Shown: piece by piece, positions 35,602-44,878 of the stretch
Position numbering within the stretch: the first letter of the stretch is position 1
How the letters are laid out: each line of letters begins with the position of its first letter
Source: Patescibacteria group bacterium
GTDB lineage: Bacteria; Patescibacteriota; Patescibacteriia; UBA1558; UBA10009
Length of the DNA: 64,000 nt
Assembly: GCA_018818425.1 (NCBI GenBank)
Contig: JAHISB010000002.1
Location: forward strand, 2,819 to 66,818
Reading direction: 5' to 3'
Notes under the pieces: model-generated
What the model was told of the DNA's origin: nothing
The model's input: only the letters and a program-made list of their open reading frames with translations
Databases searched by the model: none
Position numbers and translations under genes: made by a program

Positions 35602-38142
35602 ATGCCTCTCATTGCCGACATTTTTTTAAAAAGTTTTTCTACTTTGCTGGCCAATCCATGGGCCATCACTTTTCTAATAGCGATAATTTTTTTTATTGTT
35701 TTGGCAGCAATGGTCAATTTAATCAGAAAAAGTTTTGCCAAAGGCAGCCGTTTGCCGACTGCGCTGCAGCAGCAAATTTTATTGATTTCGGTGCCTAAAG
35801 AGTCATTGCGCGACAAAGAAAGAGCGGCTACCCCCCAAGATATCCAAGATGATATTGGAGCGGCCGAAAATTTATTTTCGGTTTTAGGAAGTTTGTCGGC
35901 CCAGCGGGGCGCCAGGCCATGGCTTTACGGCCGGACCGACCATTTTTCTTTTGAGATGGTGGCTCAAAATGGCCAGATCTTTTTTTATGTGGCAGCGCCT
36001 AATTATTTAAGCGATTCCTTGAAACAGCAGCTGTTAGCGGTTTATCCTCATGCGCATATTGAAGAAGTCAGCGATTATAACTTTTTTTCGCCGCAAGGCG
36101 CGGTTTTGGGCGCCTATTTAAAATTAGGCCGGGAGTTTATTTTTCCCATCAAGACTTTTAAAAAAATGGAAGGCAGCGATCCTTTGGAGGGCTTAGTTAA
36201 TCCTTTAAGCAAGGTGGCTAAGACAGACGGAGCGGCCATTCAATTTATTGTTCGCTCGGCTTATAAAAAGTGGCATCGCAAAGGCATGCGGGTAGCCCGC
36301 GAGATGCAGCAGGGCAAAGCTATGGCTATGGCTCTGCGCCAGGCGGGACTGGGCAATATTTTTGACAAATTTTTTGGTTTATTTAGTTTTATTTTCAGTT
36401 TTTTTAGAACTAAGCCCCAAGATGAGCGCAATTTAGACAAACTGGAAGAACAATACCGGCTTTCACCTATGGAAGAAGAGGCGGTTAAAGGCATAGAAGA
36501 AAAAACCAGCAGGGCCGGTTTTGATGTTAATGTCAGAATTGTAACTTCGGCAGTTAAGCGGGAGCAGGCCAAAAATTATTTAGATAATATTATTAATGCT
36601 TTCGGCCAGTATAATATTTATCAGTATGGCAATGGTTTTAAAAAAATCGCCAAAGTTAATATTGATCGCTTAGTTTCCGATTTTATCAGCCGCTCTTATC
36701 ATTCTAAATACCATTTATTGCTTAACAGCGAAGAAATGACCAGCTTGTGGCATTTGCCTCTGCCTTCCACCGGAGCTCCCAATATTCATTGGCTGGAAGC
36801 CAGAAAAGCCCAGCCGCCCGTCAACCTGCCACAGGAAGGGATTTTGCTGGGCGAGAATATTTACCGCGGAGTTACAACTCCTATAAGAATAAAAGAAGAA
36901 GACCGCCAAAGGCACGTTTATATTATCGGCAAATCGGGCACCGGCAAGTCGGTTCTGCAGGCCAATATGATTATTCAGGATATGCAGAACGGCGAAGGCG
37001 TTTGTGTAATCGATCCGCACGGCGATTTAGTGGAAGCGGTTTTAGAGCATGTGCCGCCGGAACGGGCCGAGGACGTGATTTTATTTGACCCGGCCGACTA
37101 TCAGCGGCCCATGGGCATTAATATGCTGGAGTTTCATAATCCCGAGCAAAAGACCTTTGTTATTAACGAAATGATAAAGATATTTGATAAGCTTTACGAC
37201 TTAAAAGCCACCGGCGGCCCCATGTTTGAGCAGTATATGCGCAACGCCATGCTGTTAATGATGGAAGATTCCCAGTCGGGCTCAACTTTGTTGGAAATTC
37301 CCAAAGTTTTGGCCGATGCCAATTTTAGAAGATACAAACTGTCCCGGTGCGTTAATCCGGTGGTTAAAGATTTTTGGGAAAAAGAAGCGGAAAAGGCCGG
37401 CGGCGAAGCCTCGCTGGCCAATATGGTGCCTTACATAACCAGCAAGCTGACCCCTTTTATCTCCAGCGATTTAATGAGGCCGATTATTGCCCAGCAGAAA
37501 AGTTCTTTTAATTTTCGGGAAGCTATGGACGGCCAGAAGATTATTTTAGTTAAATTATCCAAAGGCGCTATCGGCGAAATGAGCTGTAATTTGCTGGGCA
37601 TGGTTATTGTCGGCAAAATTTTAATGGCGGCCCTTTCCCGGGTAGATATCCCCCAGGAACGGCGCAGAAGTTTTTATTTATATATTGATGAGTTTCAGAA
37701 TTTTATCACCGATACCATTTCCGTTATTCTTTCCGAAGCCCGCAAGTATAAGCTTTGCCTGACCATTGCCCACCAGTACATCGGCCAGCTGGTCAAAAAT
37801 AACGATACCTCTATCCGCGACGCTGTAATGGGCAATGCCGGAACTATGATTGCTTTTAGAATCGGCCCTGATGATGCCGAAATAGTGGCTAAACAGCTGG
37901 CCCCGGTTTTTAATGAGTACGATGTAATTAATATTCCTAAATATAATGCTTATCTTAAGCTGTTAATTGATAATCAAAACCCGCCGGCTTTTAATATCAA
38001 GCCCCTGCCTCCCCAGCTAGGCGATAAAGCCATAGCCGCTAAAATCAGAGAGCTTTCCAGATTAAAATACGGCCGGGATCGAGAAATAGTTGAACGGGAA
38101 ATTTTAGAAAGAGTGAAGGCGGTTCAAAAGCCGGAAGTGTGA
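35602..38142 (+). CDS. TraD/VirD4 (type IV coupling protein)-like P-loop ATPase with N-terminal TM
   Basis: 846 aa. Walker A IIGKSGTGKS, Walker B-like LYIDEFQNF, TrwB/TraD-type C-terminal domain. The N-terminal ~400 aa is unassigned. Confidence 0.5.
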   Translation: MPLIADIFLKSFSTLLANPWAITFLIAIIFFIVLAAMVNLIRKSFAKGSRLPTALQQQILLISVPKESLRDKERAATPQDIQDDIGAAENLFSVLGSLSAQRGARPWLYGRTDHFSFEMVAQNGQIFFYVAAPNYLSDSLKQQLLAVYPHAHIEEVSDYNFFSPQGAVLGAYLKLGREFIFPIKTFKKMEGSDPLEGLVNPLSKVAKTDGAAIQFIVRSAYKKWHRKGMRVAREMQQGKAMAMALRQAGLGNIFDKFFGLFSFIFSFFRTKPQDERNLDKLEEQYRLSPMEEEAVKGIEEKTSRAGFDVNVRIVTSAVKREQAKNYLDNIINAFGQYNIYQYGNGFKKIAKVNIDRLVSDFISRSYHSKYHLLLNSEEMTSLWHLPLPSTGAPNIHWLEARKAQPPVNLPQEGILLGENIYRGVTTPIRIKEEDRQRHVYIIGKSGTGKSVLQANMIIQDMQNGEGVCVIDPHGDLVEAVLEHVPPERAEDVILFDPADYQRPMGINMLEFHNPEQKTFVINEMIKIFDKLYDLKATGGPMFEQYMRNAMLLMMEDSQSGSTLLEIPKVLADANFRRYKLSRCVNPVVKDFWEKEAEKAGGEASLANMVPYITSKLTPFISSDLMRPIIAQQKSSFNFREAMDGQKIILVKLSKGAIGEMSCNLLGMVIVGKILMAALSRVDIPQERRRSFYLYIDEFQNFITDTISVILSEARKYKLCLTIAHQYIGQLVKNNDTSIRDAVMGNAGTMIAFRIGPDDAEIVAKQLAPVFNEYDVINIPKYNAYLKLLIDNQNPPAFNIKPLPPQLGDKAIAAKIRELSRLKYGRDREIVEREILERVKAVQKPEV

Positions 38143-38169
38143 AAATGTAAATAAGAGCTCCTAAATCTT

Positions 38170-38262
38170 AAACCAATCCATAAAATCAATTTTCAATTTT
38201 CAGTGATTTTTCAATTTCTAATCCTCAATCATAAATCCTCAATCCTTAATCCTTAATTAGTT
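38170..38262. repeat. intergenic word repeats (caattttca; tcaatcc / taatcct)
   Basis: tcaattttcaattttcagtgatttttcaatttctaatcctcaatcataaatcctcaatccttaatcctta. Confidence 0.45.
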
Positions 38263-38787
38263 ATGCTCTATATATCAACTATCCTGGTTTTTATAATTTT
38301 TATTATTTTATTGAACTTCGCCTATGCCGGCGTTTCCGCGGCGCCATGGGTGCCCTCCCGGAAAAAAGATTATCAAAGAGTTTTAGAACTGGCCGGGATT
38401 AAAAATGGAGACACTGTCTACGACCTGGGCAGCGGCGACGGGCGCTGGCTTTTTTATTTTGCTAAGCATTCCCCGGCCCAAGAGATCAGGGGCTATGAAA
38501 TTTCTTTAATCATGTATTTAATTTGCTGGATAAAAAAGTTGTTCAGCGGATATCCACAGGTAAAATTATCCTTTGGCAATTTTTATAAATTTAATTTAAG
38601 TAAAGCTGATGTGCTGATTTGTTTTTTAACTCCCCGGGCCATGAAAAAATTATTGCCTAAATTAAAAAAAGAAATGAAGCCCGGCTCCAGATTAGTTTCC
38701 TACGCTTTCACCATGCCTAATGTGGAAGCTGAAAAAGTAAGCAAGGTTAGCCAAAAAAGCGTGTCTATTTATCTTTATAGATTTTAG
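38263..38787 (+). CDS. small class I SAM-dependent methyltransferase with N-terminal TM
   Basis: 174 aa. Motif I VYDLGSGDGRWLFYFAKH. Confidence 0.5.
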   Translation: MLYISTILVFIIFIILLNFAYAGVSAAPWVPSRKKDYQRVLELAGIKNGDTVYDLGSGDGRWLFYFAKHSPAQEIRGYEISLIMYLICWIKKLFSGYPQVKLSFGNFYKFNLSKADVLICFLTPRAMKKLLPKLKKEMKPGSRLVSYAFTMPNVEAEKVSKVSQKSVSIYLYRF

Positions 38788-38903
38788 AAGCCGTTAAGTA
38801 AATTATGCCTTAAGTTCTTTAATTCCGTTGAGTTTGCCGCAGCAACAACTTAATACTTAACGGACTTAACGCTTTATATTTCAATTTAATTTCAATTTTA
38901 TTG

Positions 38904-38931
38904 TTGACAAAAATAAAAACTATGCTATATT
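38904..38931 (+). promoter_or_regulatory. sigma70-like promoter (TTGACA-16-TATATT) for the 38985 gene
   Basis: -35 38904-38909, -10 38926-38931. Confidence 0.4.
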
Positions 38932-38984
38932 TAAAAGGTAAATCAAAAAAGTTAAAAATATAAATTAAAATTAAAAATAAAAGT

Positions 38985-39521
38985 ATGAAAAATATAGATG
39001 AACTAAAACAAATTTTGGATAATATTGAAATCCAAATACAAAAATGCAAATTAATTTTGGAGGGCGGCAGCTTAACTCCCGCCAAATCCAGCAGGGCCGA
39101 TTTAACCGACAAGCTAATCGATCTCAATGAGCCGGTGGCCAGAGAAAATGAAAAGGTCATTGAAGGGGTTTTTGACGGCCAAAAAATGATTGGGCCCGAC
39201 GGCCGGCAGTATTCCATTCCGGCCAACTATATTTCTAAATCAAAACTGGTTGAGGGCGATATTTTAAAACTTACCATCGATGAGAATGGTAATTTTATTT
39301 ATAAGCAGATTGGCCCGGTGGACCGGGAGAGGTTGGTCGGTAAATTAATCAAGGACGAAGCTGCCGATGAATTTGTGGTGATGTCGGATAATAAAACTTA
39401 TAAAGTAATTATGGCCAGCGTTACTTATTTTAAGGGCGATGAGGGCGACGAGGTAGTTTTCTTAGTGCCCAAGGGCAGCGACAGCCAGTGGGCAGCCATT
39501 GAGAATATAATAAAGAAATAG
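38985..39521 (+). CDS. hypothetical protein
   Basis: 178 aa soluble. No family recognised. Confidence 0.45.
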   Translation: MKNIDELKQILDNIEIQIQKCKLILEGGSLTPAKSSRADLTDKLIDLNEPVARENEKVIEGVFDGQKMIGPDGRQYSIPANYISKSKLVEGDILKLTIDENGNFIYKQIGPVDRERLVGKLIKDEAADEFVVMSDNKTYKVIMASVTYFKGDEGDEVVFLVPKGSDSQWAAIENIIKK

Positions 39522-39608
39522 CCGATAATAAAAATTTTGCCTTTTATCATTCCGAGCTTACCTGAGGAATCTTGTTACTTTAACGATAATCATGTTGTGT
39601 CAAGATCC

Positions 39609-39657
39609 CTCCGCGTTGGCCGTTCGGCCGCGAGCTCACGGCCGAGTGGTCGGGATG
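39609..39657. repeat. diverged copy of the GC-rich tandem-hairpin element (copy D orientation)
   Basis: ccgcgttggccgttcggccgcgagctcacggccgagtggtcggg shares ttcggccg(c/t)gagctca(c/g)ggccga with copies B and D. Confidence 0.6.
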
Positions 39658-39708
39658 ACATTTTAAGCGAAATTTTTTATTTGCCAATTTATCAATCAAT
39701 CGTTATAA

Positions 39709-39836
39709 TATACCCAATTGCTTTAATAAAATAGAAAATACTCCAAAGCGATGCGTTAATATTAATACTAATATTAGATAAAATAATTCAAATTATTCAA
39801 TTAGCAAAATCGGAATTATTAAAGCGAAGGAGTATA
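39709..39836. repeat. ~130 bp AT-rich dispersed element, copy 1 (directly upstream of dnaX)
   Basis: Near-identical to 62841-63006. Ends AAAGCGAAGGAGTATA (SD-like AAGGAG) 9 nt before the dnaX ATG. Internal inverted 7-mers atactcc / ggagtat. Confidence 0.85.
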
Positions 39837-39844
39837 CATTCACT

Positions 39845-40939
39845 ATGTCAACCACTTTATACCGCAAATATCGTCCGCAAACCTTTGCCGAGGTCATCAA
39901 TCAGAACCATGTTAAAGTTACTTTGCGGAACGAGGTTGCTTCCGGCAAACTAGCCCATGCTTATCTTTTTTCGGGCCCAAGGGGCATTGGTAAAACCACT
40001 ATGGCCAGAATTTTGGCCAAGAGCGTCAACTGCCCCAATCAAAAAAAAGCCGAGCCCTGCAATAAGTGCCAGTCGTGCCTAGAAATCACCCAGGGCAACT
40101 GCTTGGATTTAATAGAAATTGACGCCGCTTCCAACCGGGGCATTAACGAAATCAGAGAACTGCGCGAGCACGTTAAGTATGCTCCGAGCAAGAATAAATA
40201 TAAAGTTTTTATCATCGACGAAGTCCATATGCTGACCGCCGAAGCTTTTAACGCCCTGTTAAAAACTTTAGAAGAGCCGCCCGGCCATGTTATTTTTATT
40301 CTGGCCACCACCGAACTTCATCAGCTGCCGGAAACAATTATTTCCCGCTGCCAGCGCTTTGACTTTAGAAAAATTTCTTTTAAAGAAATCGCCGGCCATT
40401 TAGAAATGATTGCGGCCGCCGAAAAAGTCAAGGTGGCTAAAAAGGTTATAGAAACTATCGCCCGCACCAGCGAAGGTTATGTCAGGGATGCTATTTCGCT
40501 CTTGGGCCAGATTTTGGCTTTGGGCGAAAAAGAAATCAGCGAAGCAGAGGCCTCGTTGGTTTTGCCCCGTTCGGACATCAATCAAATCATCATTTTTATC
40601 AAACAGCTTTTAGAACATCAATCGGCCGCAAGCATCCGCTTAATCAACCAGTATCTTAATGACGGCGGAGAGCTGGAAAATTTTACCAAGGAGGCCATCG
40701 AAGTTTTAAGAAAAATTTTGGTAGCTAAAGTAACTGACGGCTGGCAGGAGCTGGCCTGGGAAGTTCCCGAGGAGGAATCAAAATCATTGATGGTTTTGTT
40801 GGAGAAAGTTGAAGCTGATTATTTAGTTCAAGTAATCGAAATTTTGCTGGAGGCCTTGACCCGGCTAAAGCGCGCTGATATAATCCAGCTTCCGCTGGAA
40901 ATGGCCATCGTTAAAATCAGCGAATTAAAGAGTGAATAA
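39845..40939 (+). CDS. dnaX: DNA polymerase III subunit gamma/tau (short form)
   Basis: 364 aa. YRPQTFAEVINQ, Walker A GPRGIGKTT, zinc module CNKCQSC, SRC motif. Confidence 0.85.
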   Translation: MSTTLYRKYRPQTFAEVINQNHVKVTLRNEVASGKLAHAYLFSGPRGIGKTTMARILAKSVNCPNQKKAEPCNKCQSCLEITQGNCLDLIEIDAASNRGINEIRELREHVKYAPSKNKYKVFIIDEVHMLTAEAFNALLKTLEEPPGHVIFILATTELHQLPETIISRCQRFDFRKISFKEIAGHLEMIAAAEKVKVAKKVIETIARTSEGYVRDAISLLGQILALGEKEISEAEASLVLPRSDINQIIIFIKQLLEHQSAASIRLINQYLNDGGELENFTKEAIEVLRKILVAKVTDGWQELAWEVPEEESKSLMVLLEKVEADYLVQVIEILLEALTRLKRADIIQLPLEMAIVKISELKSE

Positions 40940-40944
40940 CTATT

Positions 40945-41005
40945 CGGAGGTCGTCTAATGGCCGCCCGCCTTCGCCTCTCGGCTGCGCTCGAGGCTTCGG
41001 CGGAC
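40945..41005. repeat. tRNA 5'-fragment-like sequence plus CTCGGCT-N-CGCTCGAG motif upstream of tRNA-Gln
   Basis: cggaggtcgtctaatggccgcc resembles the 5' acceptor/D-arm of the downstream tRNA (cggggatcgtctaatggtagga). Followed by cctctcggctgcgctcgaggc. Confidence 0.45.
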
Positions 41006-41061
41006 TTTGATCAGCACATGGAAAATTGTTTTAAATCATTCGAAGCTTCAGCGTAGAATGA

Positions 41062-41135
41062 TCGGGGATCGTCTAATGGTAGGACACTGGGTTCTGGTCC
41101 CAGCAATCGGGGTTCGAGTCCCTGTCCCCGAGCCA
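41062..41135 (+). tRNA. tRNA-Gln (anticodon CUG), CCA encoded
   Basis: Cloverleaf by hand: acceptor TCGGGGA/TCCCCGA (U1-A72), D arm GTCT-AATGGTA-GGAC, anticodon arm CTGGG-TTCTGGT-CCCAG (U33, CUG, G37), variable CAAT, T arm CGGGG-TTCGAGT-CCCTG, discriminator G, CCA. Confidence 0.8.
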
Positions 41136-41274
41136 GTCTTCGTCTCTCGGCTCGTTACACTCGCTCGAGGCTGCGGCTGGCAGGCCGATTATCAAAAGGC
41201 AGTATTAGCACTGTTTTTTAATAAAACTGTGGAAAGAAACTAAGTTTCAAATATCAAATTATCAAGTTTCAAGT

Positions 41275-42873
41275 ATGTATACCAAGCAGGCGGAAAAGTT
41301 AATAACAACTTTAAAGCAGGGAATACCGGAGAATTTTTATGCCGGCGAAGGCATAAGCCGCATTCAGGTTGATGTTTTTGTCAGCCGCATCGCCAAGATT
41401 TACGAAAAAATCCGCAACGCCATCGATTACAAGGAAGAGCATCTGTTAAGAAAGAATGCCATTTTGAGGATTATTCAAAGAAGATTAACCATTAAAATTT
41501 CTTCAGACGTTATAGCTTTTGGCTTGATTAAGGAGCTGGTTAGAGCCGGTTATTTAGATAACAATTTTATCCCCGAAAGAAAAGTTGACCAGGCGCAGAA
41601 AATTATTGAAAAATACCTGGCTATTTTTAATTTAAGCGGAGCCAGAAGGACCAACGGCCGGGGGCAAAAACTTTTTCGCTGGCTGCTGGAAATTTGCGCC
41701 TGCGAAATAGAAGAATCGCTGATGCCGCCCTTGCAGCAGCGGGCTTTGGTGGAATTTGTTTATCAGCTTTTAAGGCCCGAAATTAAACTTTTAGATAAAG
41801 ACCTTTCTCCTAAAGATAAGGATCTGCATGTTTACTTGGCTATTTACAGAGCTTTGGTTAAATCCGACGCTTCAATGATCAACTTTTTATTATTTAAGTA
41901 TTATTATCCCGGCTGGGTTAAAGTAAGCGAACAGACGCAGATAATGGAAGCGGCTAAAAAAATCAGAAATTTGAAAAAAGAAATTGAAAGGCACCAAAAG
42001 CACCCCCTTAATGAAAAGCTGTTTAGAATCTTTAAGAAGCAGGCCTTCACCTTTTTTGTTTTGCGGGACATTATTTTAGCCAACCCCAAGCAGGCCGAGG
42101 ACATTTTTAATAATCCGCAGCAGTTAGAATATCATATCAGAACCACCTGCGATAAACTTTATAAAAAGGCCAGGACCAAGCTTAGGCGCAGCATTGTCAG
42201 GGTTACCATTTATATTTTTATCACTAAAATGTTTTTAGCTCTGCTGTTGGAATTTCCTTATGATTATTATATTGCCAAGGAAATTACTTATCTGCCTCTG
42301 GCCATCAACGCTTTATTCCCTCCTTTATTGATGGTTTTTATCGGCACCTTTATCAGAGTGCCTTCCAAAAAAAATACCGATAAAGTGGTCAAATTGTCTA
42401 ACGAAATTATTTATCATAATAAAATCGGCGATATCAAGGGATTAGGCAATACTGTTAAACATAATTCTTTCTTTAAGCTGATGTTTAATATCTTGTATTT
42501 TGTTTTATTTAGTGTTTCGTTTGGGGTTTTAATCTATATTTTATTGCAGCTCCAGTTTAATGTTTTTAGCATTTTGGTTTTTCTCCTCTTTTTATCGCTC
42601 ATCAGTTTTTTTGGCATCAAACTCCGCTATAATATCAGGGATTTAATAGTTTTTGACAAAAAAGAAAATCCTTTAGTTTTTTTGATAAATCTGTTTTCTT
42701 TGCCATTTTTGAACGCGGGCCATTGGCTTTCGGTTAAATTTCAAAAGATCAATGTTTTTGCTTTTATTTTGGATTTTATCATCGAAGCGCCTTTCAAGAT
42801 ATTTTTAGAAGTGATAGAAGACTGGATCAGCTTTTTGCGCGAAAAGAAAGAGGAAATTTACAATCAAGAGTGA
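41275..42873 (+). CDS. hypothetical protein with C-terminal multi-TM domain
   Basis: 532 aa. N-terminal ~300 aa soluble and helical, then ~6 TM. Confidence 0.45.
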   Translation: MYTKQAEKLITTLKQGIPENFYAGEGISRIQVDVFVSRIAKIYEKIRNAIDYKEEHLLRKNAILRIIQRRLTIKISSDVIAFGLIKELVRAGYLDNNFIPERKVDQAQKIIEKYLAIFNLSGARRTNGRGQKLFRWLLEICACEIEESLMPPLQQRALVEFVYQLLRPEIKLLDKDLSPKDKDLHVYLAIYRALVKSDASMINFLLFKYYYPGWVKVSEQTQIMEAAKKIRNLKKEIERHQKHPLNEKLFRIFKKQAFTFFVLRDIILANPKQAEDIFNNPQQLEYHIRTTCDKLYKKARTKLRRSIVRVTIYIFITKMFLALLLEFPYDYYIAKEITYLPLAINALFPPLLMVFIGTFIRVPSKKNTDKVVKLSNEIIYHNKIGDIKGLGNTVKHNSFFKLMFNILYFVLFSVSFGVLIYILLQLQFNVFSILVFLLFLSLISFFGIKLRYNIRDLIVFDKKENPLVFLINLFSLPFLNAGHWLSVKFQKINVFAFILDFIIEAPFKIFLEVIEDWISFLREKKEEIYNQE

Positions 42874-42939
42874 GTTCGCTGTTCGCATATCGCGAGTCGC
42901 ATGCCTCAATTAATTTTATTATTATCGATACACGATAAA

Positions 42940-43070
42940 GGTAGCCAAAGGGCTATTTTTTTAGTATAATGTTAGATATGGGAACATGTGAACATGGGAA
43001 CATTAGAACACTTGCTCCCATGCTCCCATGTTCTAATGCTTTAATGCTTTAATGCTTTAATGCTTTAATT
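42940..43070. repeat. intergenic word palindrome (gaacatggga / tcccatgttc) plus tandem aatgcttta x4
   Basis: Word family shared with 63030-63135. Confidence 0.55.
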
Positions 43071-44051
43071 ATGAAACACAATATCATCACCATCGGCGGC
43101 TCAACAGAAGACATCATGTTTTATACCAAAGAAGCCGTGTTGGTCAGAAACAACAAGGATATTCTTAGGCAGCAGTTGCTGGGTTTTGAATTTGGCGCCA
43201 AGATCGTCGGCGAGAAAGTTTTTTTTACTTATGGCGGCGGCGGTTCTAATACGGCTGTCAACTTTTCTAAACTGGGCTTAAAAACCGGCGTTATCACAGC
43301 AATCGGCGATGACGACAACGGCCAGAGAATCATCAAAAATTTCAAAAATAATAAGGTTAGCGCTGCTAATATTCAGACAATCAAAAAAGTCCCCAGCGGG
43401 CTTTCTTTTATTGTCAATTTTTCCGGCACCACCGAGCATGTTATTTTCACTTATCGTTCGGCCAATAATCAGTTGCTAATTTCAGAAAAGAGTTTAAGCA
43501 AAGCCAAAGCAGACTGGTTTTACCTTGCTTCGCTGTCAGGGCCAAAGTGGCCGGCTAATCTGAAAAATATTTTTGAGCATTCCGCCAAAAAGAAAATCAA
43601 GATTGGCTGGAACCCCGGCGCTAGCCAGTTAGCCAAGGGCTATTCATCATTAAAAAAATATCTTCAACAAACAGAAGTTTTAATTTTAAATAAGGACGAA
43701 GCCATTGAACTGGTTTTAAGCTCCGGCTATAAAACGCAAAACATCAATCAACTGTTAAAATATTTAAAACTGATGGGCCCGGCAGTTGTTGCCATAACCC
43801 AAGGCGCTAAAGGAGCTGCGGTTTGCTCCGGCAATCAAATCTGTTCGGAAAAAGCTTTACCAATCCAAGGTATTAATACCACGGGCGCCGGCGATGCCTT
43901 TGGTTCCAGCTTGGTTGCCGGTTTGATTATTTATAAAGATTTAGCCAAAGCTCTAAAACTGGCCATCCATCAGAGTAATTATGTTATCCGAGAAATTGGA
44001 GCGCAGAAAGGGCTGCTTTCGATTGCTCAATTAAAAAAGAATGTTGAATAA
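43071..44051 (+). CDS. PfkB-family carbohydrate kinase
   Basis: 326 aa. C-terminal NTTGAGDAFGSSLVAGL motif. Confidence 0.7.
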   Translation: MKHNIITIGGSTEDIMFYTKEAVLVRNNKDILRQQLLGFEFGAKIVGEKVFFTYGGGGSNTAVNFSKLGLKTGVITAIGDDDNGQRIIKNFKNNKVSAANIQTIKKVPSGLSFIVNFSGTTEHVIFTYRSANNQLLISEKSLSKAKADWFYLASLSGPKWPANLKNIFEHSAKKKIKIGWNPGASQLAKGYSSLKKYLQQTEVLILNKDEAIELVLSSGYKTQNINQLLKYLKLMGPAVVAITQGAKGAAVCSGNQICSEKALPIQGINTTGAGDAFGSSLVAGLIIYKDLAKALKLAIHQSNYVIREIGAQKGLLSIAQLKKNVE

Positions 44052-44107
44052 GTCGGATAAGTTTACTTATAATTCATACGACTTATTCAACTTATACAAC
44101 TAAGAAC

Positions 44108-44677
44108 ATGCCCAAAATTCCCGTAGAAATCTCTGCCCGTCATATACATCTTTCTCAAAAAGATTTAGATGCGCTTTTTGGGAAGGGCTTTAAGTTGAAA
44201 AAAATTAAGGATTTATCACAGCCAGGCGAGTTTGCCAGCAGCCAGACAGTTGAACTTATCGGCCCAAAATCTTCATATAAAAAAGTCAGAGTTATAGGTC
44301 CGGTCAGAAAAAATACTCAAGTGGAAATTACCGCTACTGATTGCCGAGTTTTGGGCATCAACGCCCCTGTCAGATTATCGGGCAATGTCAAAGGTTCAGC
44401 TCAAGCAACTATTAAAGGTCCTAAAGCCAGAATCAAATTAAAGCAGGGAGTTATTATTGCCCAACGCCACCTTCATTTATCAGCAGAGGAAGCAAAAAAA
44501 CTAAAAGTCAGAAATAATCAAAAAGTTTCAGTCAGAATTAAAGGCGAAAGAAGCATTACTTTTCATGAAGTTGTAGTCAGAGCCGGCCGGCAGTATAAAA
44601 AGGCCTGTCATCTAGATACTGATGAAGGTAATAGCGCGGGCATGAAGACATGCGAGTATGGAGAGCTAGTTAAATAA
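44108..44677 (+). CDS. PduL/EutD-type phosphate acyltransferase (phosphotransacetylase-like)
   Basis: 189 aa with two internal repeats, each carrying an xxRH(I/L)HLS motif (SARHIHLS; AQRHLHLS). Confidence 0.6.
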   Translation: MPKIPVEISARHIHLSQKDLDALFGKGFKLKKIKDLSQPGEFASSQTVELIGPKSSYKKVRVIGPVRKNTQVEITATDCRVLGINAPVRLSGNVKGSAQATIKGPKARIKLKQGVIIAQRHLHLSAEEAKKLKVRNNQKVSVRIKGERSITFHEVVVRAGRQYKKACHLDTDEGNSAGMKTCEYGELVK

Positions 44678-44689
44678 TAAGGTACAAGA

Positions 44690-44878
44690 AACAACCAACC
44701 CCTCGATAAACTCGGGGCCTATCGGCAAGAAACAAACAAATTCCAATCCCCGATTATCCCCGATTCAATCGGGGAGGGGACAAATTACAAATAACAAATA
44801 AATCCCAAAATACAAATCCTCAATCCTCAATCCTTAAGCTTCAATCCTCAATCCTTTAAGCTTTGAGTTTTAAGATTT
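44690..44878. repeat. intergenic region of G/C-clamped mini-hairpins and tcaatcc word repeats
   Basis: cccctcgataaactcgggg and ccccgattcaatcgggg hairpins, then caaataa and tcaatcctcaatcc words. Confidence 0.5.

Noticed and set aside
39537-39734. 65-aa ORF
   Set aside because: Composed of the GC-hairpin element copy and the start of the 130-bp repeat. No coding signal.
41007-41243. 78-aa ORF
   Set aside because: Completely overlaps the tRNA-Gln gene and its repeat flanks.
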